From Octopus bimaculoides (lineage: Eukaryota), in contig NC_068981.1 in the NCBI RefSeq assembly GCF_001194135.2, positions 55,299,632 to 55,363,631 of the forward strand: 64,000 nt of DNA, given 5' to 3'. The notes below the pieces were generated by a model that did not search any database, had not been told where the DNA came from, and saw only the letters and a list, made by a program, of their open reading frames with translations. This document shows, piece after piece, positions 53,338 to 64,000 of this stretch (its first letter is position 1; the number at the start of each line of letters is the position of its first letter). Both the position numbers and the translations under genes were made by a program.

Positions 53338-53741
53338 CGAAGGTTCTCAACCCATTTTGGCCAAAGGCCCCCTTTTGACTCTTGGAGTCATATATCCACC
53401 CCCACCCCACGAAAATATTTTCATTTTTCAATATACTACTTATTTTGATATCAGCAGATAATGATTAAAAAATAAAGGACGTCATTTTACACATGTGCTT
53501 GTACGCAATTGGGAGTACAAATGTACAAATTGAAATGCAAAAGAAATGAAATAATGAATTGAAAGTTTGGTAATTACGTTTATTTCCACCATGCAACACT
53601 TTTGAGATCAACATGTTGTCTATCAAAAGAGTACTCTTTGGTACAAGAGAGCCCCTTTCCTCCAAAATGCCCCCCTTGAGCTCCAAATGCCCCCAGCCCC
53701 CCCGGGGAGGGGGGTCATATAGCCCCTGTTGAGAACCTTTG
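53338..53741. mobile_element. hAT (Charlie-like) MITE
   Basis: TIRs C(G/A)AAGGTTCTCAAC / GTTGAGAACCTTTG; 8 bp TSD CTCTAGTG / CTCTAGGG. Confidence 0.85.
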
Positions 53742-54329
53742 CTCTAGGGTATCCAGTAAGAATTGTTGCCACATGTTAACATTATTGGAAGTATCAACTA
53801 ACCAAGAGTCATCCTCTTTAGTTGTTTGCATGTATGGTCAGTACCAATGGAGACAAATGGTATCTTATTCTTCATGACATCTTCCTGTCAGGCCTGAATT
53901 TTGGATGACTTCTCTTCAGCTCCTAAAATACTACAAGTGGAGTCCTTGTTTCTGGAAACATAACTAGGCAAAGTGAATGAAGAGTTTATTGGTCAGAAGA
54001 TATTATCCTTTTTATATCACTTAGGAGCACATATGCTCCTGATAGCACTGACCACATAATAGATAAAAAGGCCTAAAAGTGTAAAAAAATGTTAGGATTA
54101 GAAATCTAATAATGCTTCCAGTGGTTTTTTTTTAACCCAGAAAACACAGGATTAGCCTATTTAATTATGTTGCTAGGGTAACTAAAGCTGAGATTGTGCA
54201 AACAATGTATTTTTTTGGTAGACATATTGAAAATCCAAAATAACAGTGTTGGTAAAAGGTGTTGCTGAACTTGACATCAACATAGCATTCAACGGTGTCT
54301 GGCACACAATACTTGCCCTCTAATGGCTC

Positions 54330-54680
54330 CAACTTGTCTCTTAGATCTGAGACAAATGAAAGGCAAATTGAAATCCAGCAGGATTTGAACTAAGCACATA
54401 AAAGAATCTAAGTGTAGCCAGACATTTTGTCCAGTACTCCACTGATTCTACCACTTCACCACCTTAATGATAATAATTGTTTCTAATTTAGGCACAAGGA
54501 CAGCAATTTTGAGAGAAGGAACAAGTTGATTACATCAGCCTTAGCATTTAAATAGTACTTATTTTACAAACTCTGAAGGATCAAAGGCAAGTAGACTTTG
54601 GTGGGATTTGAATTCAGAATATAAAGAACTAGAATGAATACTGCAAGGCATTTTTCTCACTACACAAATGATTCTGCAAA
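54330..54680 (-). mobile_element. Two tandem decayed SINE family B copies
   Basis: Two GATTTGAA(C/T)T B-box reverse complements; AGTACTTATTTT and AGGCACAAGG motifs. Confidence 0.6.
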
Positions 54681-54940
54681 TCCATTTCACTCTTTTTCCT
54701 TCTGAATGCTGATCAACAGTTAGATATCAACAAATTAGATGATAGATTATTTCAATGTGATCAGTCATGATTATCTTCCATTTGTGAAATATTAACATAA
54801 AAATCAAAATACCCATATTACCAAATTTACTAAGTCATCATCTAAAATACAGAACCTATGCACTTTACATATACAATATGCAAACTGAACTTTTTTAACC
54901 ATAATACAAAGACAAAAATTAAAAGACACATTACCATCTG

Positions 54941-55209
54941 ACAGTTCTATATTTAAGAGATGAGGGATTATGTACATTATTTACATTTGAAAGATATTTG
55001 TCCTCATCTTGTTTGTTGTTAACACGTTTCGGCTGATATACCCTCCAGCCTTCATCAGGTGTCTTGGGGAAATTTCGAACCATAGGAATCAGAACCCAAG
55101 TTCGAAATTTCCCCAAGACACCTGATGAAGGCTGGAGGGTATATCAGCTGAAAGGTTGTGTTAACAACAAACAAGATGAGGACAAATATCCGTCAAATGT
55201 AAATAATGT
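54941..55209. mobile_element. 269 bp fold-back unit of two fused head-to-head hammerhead-bearing repeats (same family as 12.3-13.5 kb)
   Basis: Arms ~54970-55080 / ~55100-55209. HHR motifs at 55021-55063 (minus, 3 nt deletion after GAAAC) and 55117-55162 (plus, GAAAC to GAAAG). 13 bp TSD ACATTAC(C/T)ATCTG at 54928-54940 and 55210-55222. Confidence 0.88.
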
Positions 55210-55580
55210 ACATTACTATCTGTGTGATTTGTGGAAGGAAATGTTTGAGTCATTCCGGCCTGGTCAGCCATTATAGAATTCACAGGAATCAACCTATTGT
55301 AAATTGTGATATGGTTATTGTTCACAAGAGAACATGTGCAACCTGTGGAAAGGTGTGCCTCTCAGTTGGAGAATTGAAAAGGCATGTCAAAAGAGTATAT
55401 ACTGTGGCACCTGTTCCTTCTGCCAGCCAGCACAGCTATGCATTATGCAATAGAATGTGCAAATCTTTGGCCAGGCTCAAGAGTCATACAAGGGCCTAGC
55501 ATTGCATCAACAATGACTCATTTAAGTGATTCTTTCTAGCAACTATGGCTTCGCTCATATATGAGAAAGCAGCTAATATA
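55210..55580 (+). mobile_element. Probable RTE-type LINE C-terminus with three C2H2-like fingers
   Basis: CVICGRKCLSHSGLVSHYRIH / CATCGKVCLSVGELKRHVKRV / YALCNRMCKSLARLKSHTRA*. No TGEKP linkers. The frame continues left of the HHR insertion (KRHITICVIC). Confidence 0.55.
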
Positions 55581-55599
55581 TATCTTTTATTTCTTTTAA

Positions 55600-55985
55600 T
55601 ATATATCTTTTATTTCTTTTACTGGAGCACCGCTTTAGTCGAGAAAATCGACCCCAGAGCTTATTCTGTGTAAGCCTAGTACTTATTTTATCAGTCTCTA
55701 TTCCCGAACCGCTAAGTTACGGGGGTCGTAAACACACCAGCATCGGTTGTCAAATGATGTTGGGGGGACAAACACGGACACACAAGCATATACACACACA
55801 CACACACACATATATATACATATACGACAGGCTTTTTCCAGTTTCCGTCAACCAAATCCACTCACAAGGCTTTGGTCGACCCGAGGCTATAATAGAAGAC
55901 ACTTGCCAAGGTGTCACACAGCGGGACTGAACCCATGACCATGTGGTTGGTAAGCAAGCTAGTTACCACATAGCCACTCCTGTGG
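55600..55985 (-). mobile_element. tRNA-derived SINE family A, near full length, young
   Basis: Head GGAGTGGCTATGTGG..GGTTCAGTCCC, body, (TG/TA)n core and tail; CpGs retained. Confidence 0.9.
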
Positions 55986-56029
55986 CTGATGCAAATGATG
56001 ATGATTATATATATATATATATATATATA

Positions 56030-56815
56030 TATCATCATCATCATTTAACGTCCGTTTTCCATGTTGGCATGGGATGAACAGTTTGACTGAGATCTGGAAA
56101 GCCAGCAGCTGCACCAGGCTCCAAACTGATCTGGCAGTGTTTCTACAGCTAGATGCCCTTCCTAACGCCAACCACTCTGAGAGTATAGTGGGTGTTTTTT
56201 ACATGCTACCGGCACAGGAGCCAGTCAGTGGGTACTGGCATCAGCCACGTTCAGATGGTGCCTTTTACATGCCACCGGCATGCGAGCCAGTCAGGCGGCC
56301 CTGGTATCAACCACATTTGGATGGTGCTTTTTACATGTCACAGGGACAGGAGTTAGTCAAGGGAACACTGGTCACAGCTACGATTTTGGTTTTACTTGAC
56401 TCAACAGGTCTTCTCAAGCATAACATATCGCCCAACACATCGAGGATACTCTTAAATGGGCTGGACATGCAACACTAGCATCAGCCATGGCTGCAATCTC
56501 ACTTTAGTTGCTGGGTGTTCTCAATCACAGCATAATCTCCAAAGGTCACAGTCTCCTGTCATTGCATCTGTGAGGCTCAATGCTCAAAGGTCATGCTTCA
56601 CCACCTCATCCTATGTCTTCCTGAGTCTATCTCTGCCACAGTTAGGGTGTGGCACTTCCTCACACAGCTGACCTCATCCATATGTAACACATGATCATAC
56701 TAGTAGTTGTCTTGCTTGCACACCACATTTGATGCTTCTTATGTCCAACTTTTCTCTCACAGTGCTCACACTGTCATTTATGAACACTGACATTACATCA
56801 CACTATCGTGTATGC
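56030..56815 (-). mobile_element. RTE LINE 3' fragment
   Basis: (CAT)n TTTAACGTCC tail and 3' UTR subrepeats, then the reverse complement of the ORF2 C-terminal region seen at 57400-57880. Confidence 0.85.
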
Positions 56816-57399
56816 ACACATCATCATCATTTAATGTGTTTTCCATGCTGGCTAGCCAGAGAACTACACAAGGCCTTTCTGTCTGCTTTGGTATGGTTTC
56901 TATAGCTGGATGCCCTTTCTAACACCAACAATTTCACAGAGGGTACTGTGTGCTTTTTATATGACACCAAAACCAAATAGCTTGCAAGAAAAGACTCCTG
57001 AGTGGGAGGGGCAGTATTATTGAGGAAGATGGCTTTGTGCAGTTTAGAGGGATAGAAATAGGTGTCTTGCTATAGAGAAGGTACTTGGCTGCCCCAGTTG
57101 GAAAAGAAAGGAGAGAAAAGAGAGAGACAGAAAGATGGACAGAGTGAGAGAGAAAGATGATGGTAGAGATATGGCAGTACATATCCTCAAGGTACAGTGG
57201 GAGGTGAATATATGTGATACAGAAGATTGAACAGGGTGAATAGGCAAGAGGGAATGAGAGGGATGTTTCATAAGAGTATGAAGGGAGATGGTCAGAGATA
57301 AGAGGTGACTGTAGCAATTGATTGTTTAAGATATAGGAGAGATTCAGGGGGTTATGATAGATATATGAGGGTGCTGAGTGTAATTGTGTGCAGATAAGC

Positions 57400-58440
57400 A
57401 AGTGAAAGAGAGTGGAGGTGCATGCCGCAGGTGGTGACAAAAGGGCCTCTTGCTCAGAGTAAAAGCCAGACTGTATGACGCATGTGTACGAACAGCCATG
57501 CTACATGGCAGTGAACCATGGGCCATGACTGCTGATGACATATGTAAGCTTGCAAGGAACGAAGCCAGTATGCTCCGCTGGATGTGTAATGTCAGTGTGC
57601 ATACTCGACAGAGTATAAGTGCCTTGAGAGAAAAGTTGGACCTTAGAAGAATTAGATGTGTTGTGCAAGAGAGACGACTGTGCTGGTATGGTCATGTGGT
57701 ACGAATGGATGAGGATAGCTGTGTGAAAAAGTGTCACAACCTAGCGTTTGAAGGAAACTGTGGAAGAGGTAGACCCAGGATGAGGTGGTGAAGCACAACC
57801 CTCAAACATTAGGCCTCACCAAGGCAATGACTAGTGACCGAGACCTTTGGAAATATGCTGTGCTTGAGAAGACCCGGTAAATCAAGTGCAGTGGTGTAAC
57901 CAGCCCACTTAGGCATACCTTTCTTTCATTGGACACTAAACTCTGCTTGTGAAGACCTGTTGAGGCAAGTGAAATCGGAATCAAATTCGATGACAGCACT
58001 GCATGACTGGCATCCGTGCTAGTGGAGCGCTAAGAACACCATCCAAGCGTGATCGTTACCAGGGCCGCTGACTGGCCCCCATTCCAGTGGCACATATAAA
58101 GCACCATTCAAGCGTGATTATTACCAGCATCGCCTTACTGGCACTTGTGCCAGTGGTACGTGGAAAACAACATTCGAGCGAGGGCATTGCTAGTGCCACA
58201 GGGTTGGCTCCTGTGCAGGTGACACATAAAAACACCATTTAAGGTAGCAGTACTGGCAACGGCCACTCATGCCGGTGGCACATAAAAGCACCCACTACAC
58301 TCTCAGAGTGGTTGGCATTAGGAAGGGCATCCAGCTGTAGAAACTCTGCCAGATCAGATTGGAGCCAGGTGCAGCCATCTGCCTCACCAGTCAAACTGTC
58401 CAGCATGGAAAGCATGGAAAGCGGACGTTAAACGATGATG
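57400..58440 (+). mobile_element. RTE LINE 3' fragment
   Basis: LRVKARLYDACVRTAMLHGSEPWAMTADDICKLARNEASMLRWMC...RRLCWYGHVVRMDEDSCVKKC..GRGRPR; 3' UTR subrepeats and GGACGTTAAAC(GAT)n tail. Confidence 0.92.
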
Positions 58441-61199
58441 ATACATACTTTTATTCTTTTACTTGTTTCAGACATTTGACTGTGGCCATGCTGGAGCACG
58501 CCCTTGGTGCTATATATCCCTCACAGTAATTTATGCACAACTCTACATACAAATTATTTTTTTACTATTGAAATGCTTAATCACAATTTTATAAGTTGTT
58601 AAAATTTCTGCTGTCAACGATGCAGTTAAAACTTTCAGATATTCTCAGAATGTCAGAGTGACCTTATCAATAAAATATGGTCAGGAAATATCTGCTGGAT
58701 ATATTTGGGATATTGCTTAAGCTATAGCGAAGAATATCAGAAATTGCCCTGAGTTTACCACAAACTGCAGTGCTTCAAAGGGTTCAGAGAGTAAGTGGTA
58801 AAAAACAAAAAACAATTTAATAAGGAATTTCCAACACATTTCTTTACTTTATGTTGCTTCTTTGATTACTTCGCGATTTTTAAACAAATTGATCAGAGAT
58901 TTGTCATCACTTGCAGATCAAAAATAGATACTTGACCTATATTTGAAGTAACACGTTCTTGAACTCATTAAAATAATCGAATAAAACACAAACTGTCATT
59001 TGATAATCTACTTTTGTGTTCTAGCTTTCATTTTCTTCAGTTGAGCCAAAAGTCATATTTGTTGTCAGAAAAGCACTCACCATTTAACTACTTTTAAGCT
59101 AGTCGCTTGATCAAGCTTTTAGCATACCAAATAATTTCCGTAGTGAAAAATATCCAATAAAAGCAGAATTCTAATTTAATGCTTTTCATCAACATTTTAA
59201 CATCTGTCTTTCCATGCTGGTAGCATGTACTGAACAGGTCTGCTGTTTAATATATTGACTATTTCTGGGAAACGATCAACCAACCAGTCTAGACCCTACT
59301 TTCATATGCCAAGCGCGTTGTTTCTGAGTACGTCAATTAATTTTACACGCCCCAGTTAACCGAGTTGCAGAAATATGCACCTTGTTTCGATATACATGAG
59401 TCCCATTCAGATTTATCATTCTTCCATGTCATTTTGCGAAACAGGAGCTTAGCACTTGCCCTGAAAGAACTATTCTGGACCTAGGGAATATAGGAAAATA
59501 TCATCAATATGAAGCAAGGCTGAAATTTTATATCATCTTGTTACCTTGAATAATCCCCGAGCATTTTGATCAATTTAAAACAAAGGTTCGGTTTGTTACC
59601 TCGGCTAATTTCCTAGCTACAAGAAGAAATGAAATAAATGCCCTAAAATGATGCAAATCATTACGTGAGATTATTATTCAGAAAAAAAAATTTCTGGATT
59701 TCAGCTTTTCAAATTACCCGGGAAAGTTGGAATATTGCATTTACAGCATTTATCGGTCGGTTACTAGGTTAGCCAGCAACACGTTAGTTGCAAAATGTTT
59801 ACATATAATGTTAAAGATCTCCTCCGGTAACTGTGGTAGTATTGTTCAATTCTAATCAATTTTTCAAAACAAGTAACATCTCTCAGATATCAACGACATT
59901 TACTTAATTTGTAAAGTAAGAGACGTGGAAACTGGAAAGGAGGTTTGAATTCAAAAACAATGAAAAAACCAATGTCGACATTCAAAAAGAAACTTATCAA
60001 TATTCCTCATTCAATGAACTAGATTTTCTTTATTTGTATATTGAAACCCAAACAAAAGTGTATAAATCATCAATTACATAAAAATTAATTGGAAGGAAAG
60101 AGAAGCGGAAACAACAGTTTAGTTTTATGAAAGAAAAGTTTTTGTTTTGCTTTTCCATGAACAAAAGTAGACGGCAAGGATATTTCAACAGCAACAAGGG
60201 AATAAATAAGACAAAGGATAACTGCAATATAATGTTCACAAAACGATTAGTTTCTATGTTCCCCCAATAGTTTCATAGGAAAATGAAAAATGAATCTTTA
60301 GTAGATATGTGTAAACAATATAAAAAAATACAATAAACTATAATATGTAAACAACAAAATCCGAAAGACAAAAGAAAACAAACAATTTCGCTCGATGAAA
60401 TCGAACCATACCTAGATATATATTTATGAAAAAAATTTAAATGCAGGCATGAACTACAATAAACGGGGACAGAAGAGTTCATTTGTTAACTGAATTAATA
60501 GCACGGCATACGAGGATAACAATACCTATGTGAAAAGTGAGGAGGGGTATACAGCAGCTAAATGCAATTTCACCGTTAACTACAAACAAAATATAAACAC
60601 CAGCAGTAAGAGGATAGACACATAAGGAGTAAAAGAGAAATATAAAACAAGAGAGAAACGCTTATAAATAATAATTCTTTAAAATTTACTGTACTAAAGA
60701 AACGATATAAAAACATAATTGCAAGACAGAAAAAGGCAGAAGTTATGGAAAGGGAGGGAAAGAGAGAAGTAAAACAGAGAGGAAATAGAAAGAGAAGGGA
60801 AGAAAGAAATGGGAAAACAGGAAAAACAAGAGTGAAGGAGGGGGGGGGATAAGTAAAAATAAGGGAGGTAATAATTTGTAAACTGAAATTAATCTAATTA
60901 CAAAAAAATAAACTTTTTCATCATATAGTTATATATACATACATACATATATATATAAACATACGATATTCAATTAGTGAAAAGAAATGTAATGCTGTTA
61001 AAATAATACGATCTGAATAATTTCAGTTAAAAACTAATACCGGTTTATTTATCGGACCGACTACATAAATTCAAGGGGGTAAAATATATAATTAGATATC
61101 GTTAGAACGATCGGGATATGTTAACAACAAATATAAGCCACTATACTGATCACTTATGTTAGAATATTTAATGAATATAGGTGTACACTTAAAAAGCAC

Positions 61200-62400
61200 A
61201 TCTATTAACTAAGCAACAATTTAACAGGAAGTGTTGAAACAACGTCAATATTTAAATATCCAACATGGCTTCTGGAAATCAAAAGCCAGAGAATGCAACG
61301 GATAAAGTAGATAATATAATGTAACAAAGCAGGAAGTTATTCTCAATTTGGAAATGTAAGATTATTCGGTAATAAAATGATAAATTGAACAAGCAATCTG
61401 AAATTTGAATAACGAACTGTGTACATTCAAATGCTCACAGAGAAAAATAGTTTGTACGAAACAAAGAAAAACCTACCACTTTTAGTGTTAAATCGTTTAG
61501 GTTCTTTCTTTCGGCTAAGGTATTCCAGATATTCATTTTAGTCTACAATTACAAAATTTTGATCATTGCGTGATGAAATATAATTAAATCGTTATTCTTA
61601 ATTCAAAGTCGTTTCCAGAGGAAACAAATAGGAATCTGCTACTTCATCTGTGAACAGTACTGCGCATATGCATTAATAACTTCCGGTAAACTCAGGCTGG
61701 GCTCTTCTCATTACTTTTAACAAGCTGCTTAGTAGGCAAAATAACCTAAGATTTTCTTATTTACGAATTACTTTCGCTACTAATGTTTATAAATATATTT
61801 TGAACTATGGAAATGAGAATAATTAATAAACTGTACAACGGAATTTAGACATGTACTTACAACGTTATACAAAAATAATCATTTACAGTAGGAGTATGAG
61901 AAGAAGCGGGATCAGTTATGAAAAAATCCTTCAATAGCGTGATTATAGAGCGAGTGCTGTATCGGTTAATACAATGCATCTCTACTGGTACTACTTTTAT
62001 TATTTCTCAGATCCTAGATAAACTTACGATTACTTATTGATACCATTAAAATGTACTTCCGATAGTGTTTAATAATATTTCATAAGTTGTTATCCTCCAC
62101 CCCCTTTTTGTCTTATATTTATCAATAACTTTGAACTTTGGTAAGTTCCATTATGAAATTCTTTTAAAAGCACCGTTACAATGACCTTAAACTGAAACTG
62201 AATGGGGATTTTGTTGATTTTTAGATGTAAAAAAGAATAGTGGTTTTGATTTGTTTAGCTAATTATAAATTACAAGTGTTTTCTGTGGTTAGTAAATAAA
62301 ATTAAAAAAAGCTAAGCGCGCGTTCAGTTTCCAGTGTTAAGTGGCGGTTAAAGTGCAAACTGAATATTGTCTTACAACTTTTTGAATACCGTCTCGATAT
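61200..62400 (-). promoter_or_regulatory. Putative BRPF1 promoter and non-coding first exon (candidate exon ~61650-61477)
   Basis: CpG-retaining region. ETS-type CCGGAAGT on minus at 61679-61686, NRF1-like TGCGCATATGCA at 61661-61672, candidate donor AGTG|GTAGGT at 61476, and a pyrimidine-rich minus-strand tract at ~60720-60870. No transcript evidence. Confidence 0.45.
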
Positions 62401-64000
62401 ATATTGATGTACATTTTAAAACTTTTAAATATAATTGATAATACTAATTAACCTTTTCGTTTGTTTTTTCCTAGATATTTTCTTTTACTATCAAAATTAT
62501 TGGTTAAAATTAAATATTAAAAAACAGGTCTGATTTTTTTTTTAAATATGAAATACATAATTAGAATGTGAAACTCAGTTTTCGGTGTTTTTTTTTTAAT
62601 GTTAAATTCTATAAATTCTGTTTTGTTTGAATATAGAAATATAATTTCCTGTATCATCACAAACCATCTGCAAGCAGTATAAATTTTTTTTTTTTTTGAT
62701 TACTTTGCAAAATAGGACAGGCCCGTAGTCTTTTCAAACTCTCCCAGAGCCTTAGTGTTATAGTGATCGTAGTTTTAATGCGGTTCATGTTCGTTCAATA
62801 TCATAGCAGATAAGTATTTGGAGGGAAAACCTTGGCAAAGTACGCTCACAAACAGAAGTAGCTAAAGGTACGATGGATCGGATGATTTTAAACATTGTCG
62901 ATGACATCTATATGAGAGGTGTGTACATAGAAGTAGTATAGACGTGAGCTGTATAGCATGGGTCTTGAACTTCAAATAAGCATGCCATTCTAATAGTAAT
63001 AGAAAAGGTATATCACGACCGAGTGCTGTAAATGTTCCAAGCTAATATCTTGGCGAATGGCCATTTTGGCCATGGTGCATAAAAAATGTCAATGATAGGC
63101 TTCCCCTAGGGAGCGTATTTGTGAACTCATAATTTGAGCAGCTGTTCAGTGAGAGAATATATCGTCATTTCTTTGTCATAAAACTTTCTAAAATCTCGAA
63201 TTTAAAGAGGTGTGTGGTGATTTTACTTGCGTGTTCGTGATTAGCGAGGGTGTCTTATGTGTGCATACGATGAAGTGTAGTTATTTGAATTTAATTTATT
63301 GAAATACGAAGTATTTACATAATGCGATGGGATTTCATCAGCACCCTAATACGTATAGCTGAAATGTGACAACGAGAAGTTCATTAATGACAATAAGAGA
63401 GTATTTAAATTATATAACTGAGCTTTAGAGCGAACCCTAGTCGATAGATTATAAATATCAGCATAAGCTGCAATGTGAGTGATTCATGATAGGTAGAGCT
63501 TGGTTACCATATTCTGCTATCCTTAACTTTATGTAAGGAAGAAGACTATCTTGCATAGGTATGAAACTATAAAGTCGACAGAAAGAACAGTTTTATGCTA
63601 GTGGAACTATAATAAATAGAATCGAAGTACTTATTTTATCGTTAATTTAATGAAAGGTAAAATTCATCTCTAGGAAATGAAATTCAGAAAAGTCAAACAT
63701 CAATCTTTATAGTGGAAAACATCAAGTATGGCTCAATAGTTTCTCTGTCATCACTGACAGGAATAGACATAGCAATGGTAAAATATAAAAAAGTACAAAC
63801 TGTTTTTATATATATTTTGCAAGGTGAAACACCTGATATTTTTTAATGAATTTCTCTCGAATCCAAGGAAACTGATAATGATTTGCGTCGTGCAAAAGTA
63901 ATACGAATATTTGAACACCAACTGATATTTGACCTTTCTCCAATGTGATGGTGGGGTGGCAAGCACTCATAATGGCTAATGCCAGATATCCTTGTAAAAG

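Noticed and set aside
55206-55499. Host C2H2 zinc-finger gene
   Set aside because: The start Met comes from the inserted HHR element, there are no TGEKP linkers or splice context, and ligand residues are decayed.
55900-55985. tRNA genes at SINE heads
   Set aside because: A/B boxes are present, but no cloverleaf is supportable and each continues into a SINE body.
58010-58300. CRISPR-like repeat-spacer pattern
   Set aside because: The units are degenerate tandem repeats within an RTE 3' UTR, without unique spacers, in a eukaryotic genome with no cas genes.
63670-63840. Possible plus-strand exon of a divergent gene (NEIQKSQTSIFIVENIKYGSIVSLSSLTGIDIAM...)
   Set aside because: The stop-free stretch is short, the splice sites are weak, and no homology was recognised.

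Overview
AT-rich animal genomic DNA with 3 assembly gaps. The SINE and RTE families present point to a coleoid cephalopod, most likely Octopus (inference). The window is almost entirely the 5' part of one minus-strand gene, a peregrin/BRPF1 (Br140) ortholog. Six GT-AG coding exons (47772-47128, 39091-38235, 22874-22721, 11463-11332, 7400-7272, 4980-4792) splice in frame to 702 aa: C2H2 finger, EPC-like region, PZP (PHD-Zn knuckle-PHD) and bromodomain. The remaining exons (PWWP) lie left of the window. A CpG-retaining putative promoter sits near 61.5 kb. The introns are packed with tRNA-derived SINEs, RTE LINE fragments, R4/Dong-like LINE ends inserted in (TAA)n, a decayed Ty3/Gypsy split by a piggyBac at TTAA, and mariner and hAT MITEs. 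The most unusual structures are: (i) ORF-less head-to-head fold-back units with a minimal hammerhead-ribozyme motif in each arm, two of them bounded by 12-13 bp target-site duplications, plus a ~940 bp palindrome of a second hammerhead-like family; (ii) a 571 bp MITE with an 8 bp TSD whose centre is a palindrome of telomeric repeats; (iii) three stacked uORFs just upstream of the BRPF1 ATG; (iv) an apparently exact 271 bp duplication. Repeat boundaries given as ~ are approximate, and no database searches were run.
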